This document shows positions 27,764 through 32,000 of a stretch of 32,000 bases of DNA, in pieces. The notes beneath the pieces are model-generated. The model did not search any database. It had not been told where the DNA came from and saw only the letters and a list, made by a program, of their open reading frames with translations. The DNA lies in NCBI GenBank assembly GCA_046497275.1, contig JAWOFX010000044.1:4774-36773 (forward strand), in the 5' to 3' direction. The first letter of the stretch is position 1. Every line of letters starts with the position of its first letter. This stretch comes from Promethearchaeia archaeon. Lineage in GTDB: Archaea > Asgardarchaeota > Lokiarchaeia > Sigyniarchaeales > SOKP01. Made by a program: the position numbers and the translations under genes.

Positions 27764-28610
27764 GTGGTCTTATTAAAAGAACAATTAGTATTATAATAAT
27801 AGGAATCAAATTTGAGTAATCAGATCCCCAAACAACGCTTACAAAACTTTGTGAAATACCTATAATATAAGCGGCAAGAAAACTTCCTTTTATACTTCCT
27901 AATCCCCCCAAAATTACGACAGAAAAAGCATTGGTTAAAACAGTCCATGCCATAAAAGGAGCAATTGAGCCTCCAGGCACACGGAGGATCGCTGCTAATC
28001 CTACTAAGAAGGCAGAAATAATCACAGTATATAGTAATATCCTATCGGCATTTATACCAGATAACATAGCTGCTTCTCGGTCTTGAGAAACTGCTCGAAT
28101 TGATTTTCCTAATTTTGATTTCAAAATAAATAATCCCAATACTGAAACTATTATTAAGGTAGATATAATCATGAAAGCACTCTGGGCTGAAAAACCCACT
28201 TCAAAAATATATATAGTTCCAGGGATTAAGGGCTCCAAAAATTTACCTTTTCCACCATAATAAAGAGTAATAATCTGCTCAAAAAAAAAAGCTAATGCAA
28301 ATGTGACTATTAAAATGGTTGTTTCACGTTCTTGTAAAGGTTTTATTAATAATATATAAGAAACTCCCCCTATAATCGAAATAAGTATTAATGAAATAAT
28401 CATTGCTATTGGCAATGATAAACCTAATTCTCTAATTAATATATAAAGAAGATAACCTGTAATTAAATAAAAACCCCCATGAGCGAGATTTAATATTTTT
28501 CCAACTCCATATACCAAGGTGAACCCCATAGCTAATAATGCATTTACACTGCCAAAAATAACACCAAAAATTAAAACATTGATAATAATATCCAGCATAT
28601 TTTTTATCAT
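27732..28610 (-). CDS. livH: ABC transporter permease, LivH-like
   Basis: ALLAMGFTLVYGV..ILNLAHG, GKSIRAVSQD..AA.LSGIN, VVILGGLGS and RPRGLFG. Confidence 0.9.
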   Translation of the reverse strand: MIKNMLDIIINVLIFGVIFGSVNALLAMGFTLVYGVGKILNLAHGGFYLITGYLLYILIRELGLSLPIAMIISLILISIIGGVSYILLIKPLQERETTILIVTFALAFFFEQIITLYYGGKGKFLEPLIPGTIYIFEVGFSAQSAFMIISTLIIVSVLGLFILKSKLGKSIRAVSQDREAAMLSGINADRILLYTVIISAFLVGLAAILRVPGGSIAPFMAWTVLTNAFSVVILGGLGSIKGSFLAAYIIGISQSFVSVVWGSDYSNLIPIIIILIVLLIRPRGLFGKKEVK

Positions 28611-28757
28611 CTCCTTTTTATTTTTAATGTTATTAATATTTGTAAGTATTTGCTTGATTCATTTTCCATTCTTTTGATTCACTTTTCATTTATTATCTTT
28701 ATATCTAAATTTTTTTCTAAATTTACATGTCACACTTTATATTATCATATATTTTGG

Positions 28758-28817
28758 TTTAATAGTATTTAAATATTTTCGAATATCTTCATAGTAAAAA
28801 TAATTTTACTTCAGTAA
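28758..28817 (-). promoter_or_regulatory. promoter cassette for livHMGF (BRE CGAAAA, TATA TTTAAATA, upstream palindrome TTACTGAAGTAA); left arm of an inverted repeat
   Basis: On the minus strand: TATA 28773-28766, BRE 28781-28776, palindrome 28817-28806. 28758-28799 is the exact reverse complement of 29062-29103. Confidence 0.7.
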
Positions 28818-29044
28818 GTTTAAATTTCCAGAAAATATAATTTTTATCTTATTTCAAATTATTTATTAAAATATCAAATAGAATATCATTCAATCAAAAT
28901 ATTGCTTGAATATGAGGAAAATTATTAAAATATTCTCAAAATTTATTAAATTCAATTTTTATGATTTTTAATCCATCAATTGTTCTTTTTTTAATATAGA
29001 TTTCTTCCTCTTCTATTATTATGATATATAAATTTAATTGTTTT

Positions 29045-29103
29045 TTACTGAAGTAAATCAATTTTACTATGAAGATATTCGAAAATATTTAAATACTATT
29101 AAA
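29045..29103 (+). promoter_or_regulatory. promoter cassette for the binding-protein gene; right arm of the inverted repeat
   Basis: TTACTGAAGTAA 29045-29056, BRE CGAAAA 29080-29085 and TATA TTTAAATA 29088-29095. Confidence 0.7.
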
Positions 29104-29183
29104 ATCAAAATAGTTAATATAAAGTTTGATATCTAAATAAAAAAAAAGTTTTAATTATAAATTCAAAAAGAGTGAATTAAAAA

Positions 29184-30659
29184 ATGGAAAGAAGAACAAA
29201 GCAATTAGTTGCCGTTGTAGCAATTGTTGTCATTGCCACCGCTTCAGGAGTGGGTATTTGGTTATTCTTATCCCTAAGAGGTCCTACTTGGTTACTGCCT
29301 GGAGCTCCTAGTGGGATCCCTGAAGATCAGTGGATAAAAGTTGGATGTTTAGGAGATCTAAATGACATTCAAGGAATAGGAAATTATGAGGGGGCACATT
29401 TTGCAGCCTATGAAATAAATAGCAATGGAGGTGTCGAAGTAAATGGGACCACCTATTATGTCGCAGTAGCAAAAGAGGATACCGCCGAGTCTCGTCCCGT
29501 GTATGATGCAACAATAGGTGTGGCTGCTGCTGAAAGAATGTTGGAAGTACATGGAGCTGAATATATTGTGGGAGGGTTTAGAACAGAAGTATTAGAGGCA
29601 TATATAGAAACTGTTATGGATGCTGAAACATTGTTTTTTGGCACTGGAGCCGCAACTGATGATTTCTGCGAAAATGTAGCTGATGATTATGGCAGATACA
29701 AATACTTTTTTAGATTTATGCCTATTAACTCAACTGCGTTAGGTACCCAAATTATAAGTTTTGTATTAGGATTAATAATGTGGCTTAATTCCACGCATAC
29801 AGAAGATCTTAAAAATGCTGTAATTTTACGAGAAGATTTAAGTTGGACTGCAGGTATGGGACCTTTGATACAATATGCTCTAACGCATAATACTGCTTAT
29901 AATTTTACTAATGTGCAGGATAAGCCATATCCCGCTGATTCAACTGCCGATTATTTTGATCAATTATGGCAACAGATTGAGACTTACCAGACTGATGGAG
30001 CACATCTTGTAGTTCCCATAATATCCGCAGGAACGGGTGTTTTTATGATGGATAAATACCACTCAAGACAGCCAGATTGTGTAATTGTTGGAATTAATGT
30101 TGAGTCTCAACTAGATGAATATTGGACCGACACTCTTGGTGATGCTCGCTATGAAACGATGATGCAACCTCTCGTAAGAACAAATAAAACTGAGAAGACG
30201 ATAGAATATTATGATGCATATAAAAATTATACTGGACATTCTCCCCTGTATACTGCGAGTGGTGCTTATGATAGTGTGAAGATGTTAGTCCATGCGATAA
30301 ATGAAACTCAAGGATTTAATAACACTGAGATCATAGAATTTTTAGAAGATAATACCTTTGAGAATTTCAGCCCTTTTGTCAGAAAGCTTAAATGGAATCA
30401 ATTTCATGATCTCGTAGCCTATATGGAATTTGGTGATGATTTTGAACTTGCTCAGACATTAATGGCACAATGGCAAGAGGGAGGAGAGAAAGTAGCTGTA
30501 GATAGTTGGCCCGACTGGTTTATAGAACAAGTGAATTTCACTGCTGGCGGATTATTACCTTCACCTATTAACCCATTCTCCTTTTATCCAACTGATATGG
30601 AAACAGAGCCATATTCGCTTCCTAGTTGGGTAAATACAAGTTGGGGATCATTAGTTTAA
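29184..30659 (+). CDS. ABC transporter substrate-binding protein, LivK/periplasmic binding protein type 1 family, N-terminal membrane anchor
   Basis: N-terminal TM; IKVG...G..AA.EIN.NGGV, GGFRTE, YFFR and GAYD motifs; divergent from livHMGF. Confidence 0.85.
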   Translation: MERRTKQLVAVVAIVVIATASGVGIWLFLSLRGPTWLLPGAPSGIPEDQWIKVGCLGDLNDIQGIGNYEGAHFAAYEINSNGGVEVNGTTYYVAVAKEDTAESRPVYDATIGVAAAERMLEVHGAEYIVGGFRTEVLEAYIETVMDAETLFFGTGAATDDFCENVADDYGRYKYFFRFMPINSTALGTQIISFVLGLIMWLNSTHTEDLKNAVILREDLSWTAGMGPLIQYALTHNTAYNFTNVQDKPYPADSTADYFDQLWQQIETYQTDGAHLVVPIISAGTGVFMMDKYHSRQPDCVIVGINVESQLDEYWTDTLGDARYETMMQPLVRTNKTEKTIEYYDAYKNYTGHSPLYTASGAYDSVKMLVHAINETQGFNNTEIIEFLEDNTFENFSPFVRKLKWNQFHDLVAYMEFGDDFELAQTLMAQWQEGGEKVAVDSWPDWFIEQVNFTAGGLLPSPINPFSFYPTDMETEPYSLPSWVNTSWGSLV

Positions 30660-30998
30660 ATTAAAAATAATAAAATATTCTAATTTTTTTTTTAAATTTT
30701 ATTCTTTATTCTTAATTATTTTTATTTGAAATAGAAAACTAACGGTCTTTTTGATAAGTAAATCTCCTTAAATTTACAAAAGCATTAAGATCATATGAAT
30801 AAATTTATGAAATATAGCATAATATAATTTTAGAAATAAAGTTATTTCTAATCAATTTTTATTAAGACGATATTAAATAAGGATTTTAAAAAAATCTTTT
30901 TTTAAAGCAATTATCTCAAATTCAACTCTACTGAGATTTTTTGAATAGATGAATTAATATGCTAATCGATACTATTACTATTTATATCATTAAAACTA

Positions 30999-31014
30999 TT
31001 TTACTTAAGTAAAA
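30999..31014. promoter_or_regulatory. palindromic operator-like site TTTTACTTAAGTAAAA (core TTACT-N2-AGTAA)
   Basis: Perfect 16-bp palindrome ~10 nt downstream of a TATA-like TTTATATC (30981-30988) and 14 nt upstream of ATG 31029. Same half-sites as the liv promoter palindrome. Confidence 0.5.
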
Positions 31015-31028
31015 ATCTTTAATGGAAG

Positions 31029-32000
31029 ATGAAAATTGGAAAGGGAAGAATTACAGAAAAAAAATCAGGAAATCGAGGATATAAAAGCACTTGGTTATAT
31101 GTTCCCAGTAAAATTTCAAAAGATAAATTATTTCCCTTTAAAGATGGAGAAAGAGTCTTAATAGATTTAAAGGATAATGAGTTAACAGTTAAAAAAATCT
31201 TTACTCTGAGTGATCTCACCCAAGAATATGGAATCCCGGATGCAACTCTGCCTAAGTTAGTAGAAAAAAAAGCAGAATATAATAGAGATAAGCCTTTATT
31301 GATATTTCCCGAGAAAATATTCTCTTACCAGGAAGTAAATGAAATTTCAAATAGAACAGCTCATGGACTTTTAAATCTATTCAAGGAATTAAATTTAAAT
31401 AATCCTAAAATAGCAATCTTCCTTCCGAATTGTCTAGAAGCGATTACATCTTGGTTTGGAATATCTAAAATTGGAGGAATAAGCGTTCCAATAAATTTTA
31501 TGCTAAGTGATAATGATTTAGAATTTGTTTTAAATAATAGTGACTCAGAAATTCTTATCATAGATTATAAATATTTTAAGAACATTAAGAAAATTTTAAA
31601 TACTTTAACAAAAATTAAGCGGATTATAATTCAAAATGCTCCCGCTGGATTTGAATATAATCGAAAATTACTTGATTTCAAAGTAATCACTTCAAAGAAT
31701 TCAGAAAATCCAAATGTAAATATTAAATCTTCTCAACCGCTAGAAATTTTATATACAGCTGGAACAACCGGACATCCTAAGGGAGTGGTATATAAAAATC
31801 ATCATATGTTATCTGGAATCAGCGTAGGAACAAAATTAGAAGATATAGGATTTGGTGCAGATAATCATAAAGTTTATTGCCCTTTACTCTTATTTCAGGC
31901 TTTTTCACGATATTTAGTTATCATTCCAGCGATGTATTACAATTCAGCAATAATAATTCCAAAGGAATTTGAATTATCAACTTTTTGGGATGATATAAAT
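31029..32000 (+). CDS. AMP-binding acyl-CoA synthetase (CaiC/FadD-like) with an N-terminal AbrB/SpoVT-like domain; truncated by the window end
   Basis: Open from ATG 31029 to 32000 (324 codons, no stop; absent from the ORF track). Motifs SYQEVNEISNRTAHGL, IAIFLPNC, VPINF and EILYTAGTTGHPKGV. The first ~57 aa read KSTWLYVPSKISKDKLFPFKDGERVLIDLKDNELTVKK. Confidence 0.85.
   Translation, partial: MKIGKGRITEKKSGNRGYKSTWLYVPSKISKDKLFPFKDGERVLIDLKDNELTVKKIFTLSDLTQEYGIPDATLPKLVEKKAEYNRDKPLLIFPEKIFSYQEVNEISNRTAHGLLNLFKELNLNNPKIAIFLPNCLEAITSWFGISKIGGISVPINFMLSDNDLEFVLNNSDSEILIIDYKYFKNIKKILNTLTKIKRIIIQNAPAGFEYNRKLLDFKVITSKNSENPNVNIKSSQPLEILYTAGTTGHPKGVVYKNHHMLSGISVGTKLEDIGFGADNHKVYCPLLLFQAFSRYLVIIPAMYYNSAIIIPKEFELSTFWDDIN

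Noticed and set aside
1561-31561. Short ORF-track calls lying inside or antisense to long genes (e.g. 1561, 1816, 2215, 2963, 5175, 5940, 8038, 9156, 10216, 12726, 13214, 14029, 15542, 17540, 21670, 24948, 25337, 26985, 29308, 29358, 29456, 31019, 31361)
   Set aside because: Shadow frames of well-supported genes, with no motifs of their own.
1-32000. CRISPR arrays, rRNA, tRNA (including tRNA-Sec), transposases and integrases
   Set aside because: No regularly spaced repeats, cloverleaf, rRNA-like GC-rich tract or recombinase/transposase motifs were seen by eye; tRNAscan-SE and Secmarker would be the proper check.

Overview
AT-rich archaeal chromosomal window, most likely an Asgard archaeon of the Lokiarchaeia/Promethearchaeota type. 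This is inferred from a JAMM/MPN+ protein with a helical-repeat tail, a Rab/Roc-like small GTPase, BRE-TATA promoters and eukaryote-like SECIS elements. Ordinary genes: SERCA-like P-type Ca2+-ATPase, aconitase, iron-sulfur flavoprotein, two radical SAM paralogs, family III CoA-transferase, metallophosphoesterase, polyprenyl synthase, IMP dehydrogenase, FadD, a HEAT-repeat protein and a Liv-type ABC transporter. Four things are missed by the ORF track. (1) Two tandem HesB-like selenoprotein genes (3555-3935, ~4152-4505) each carry an in-frame UGA in a U-x4-C motif, and each is followed by a eukaryote-type SECIS whose AUGA core contains the gene's own UGA stop codon. (2) A ~125-nt minus-strand element that folds by eye into a pseudoknot with pairing-preserving substitutions occurs twice (14354-14478, 16692-16809), each copy tail-to-tail with a small ORF of an unknown family; the two modules flank a membrane-protein gene. 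(3) An acyl-CoA synthetase with an N-terminal AbrB-like DNA-binding domain starts at 31029 and runs off the window end. (4) An inverted duplicated promoter drives the divergent liv genes, and its palindrome TTACT-N2-AGTAA recurs just upstream of the AbrB fusion gene. All alignments and folds were done by hand; no database searches were run.
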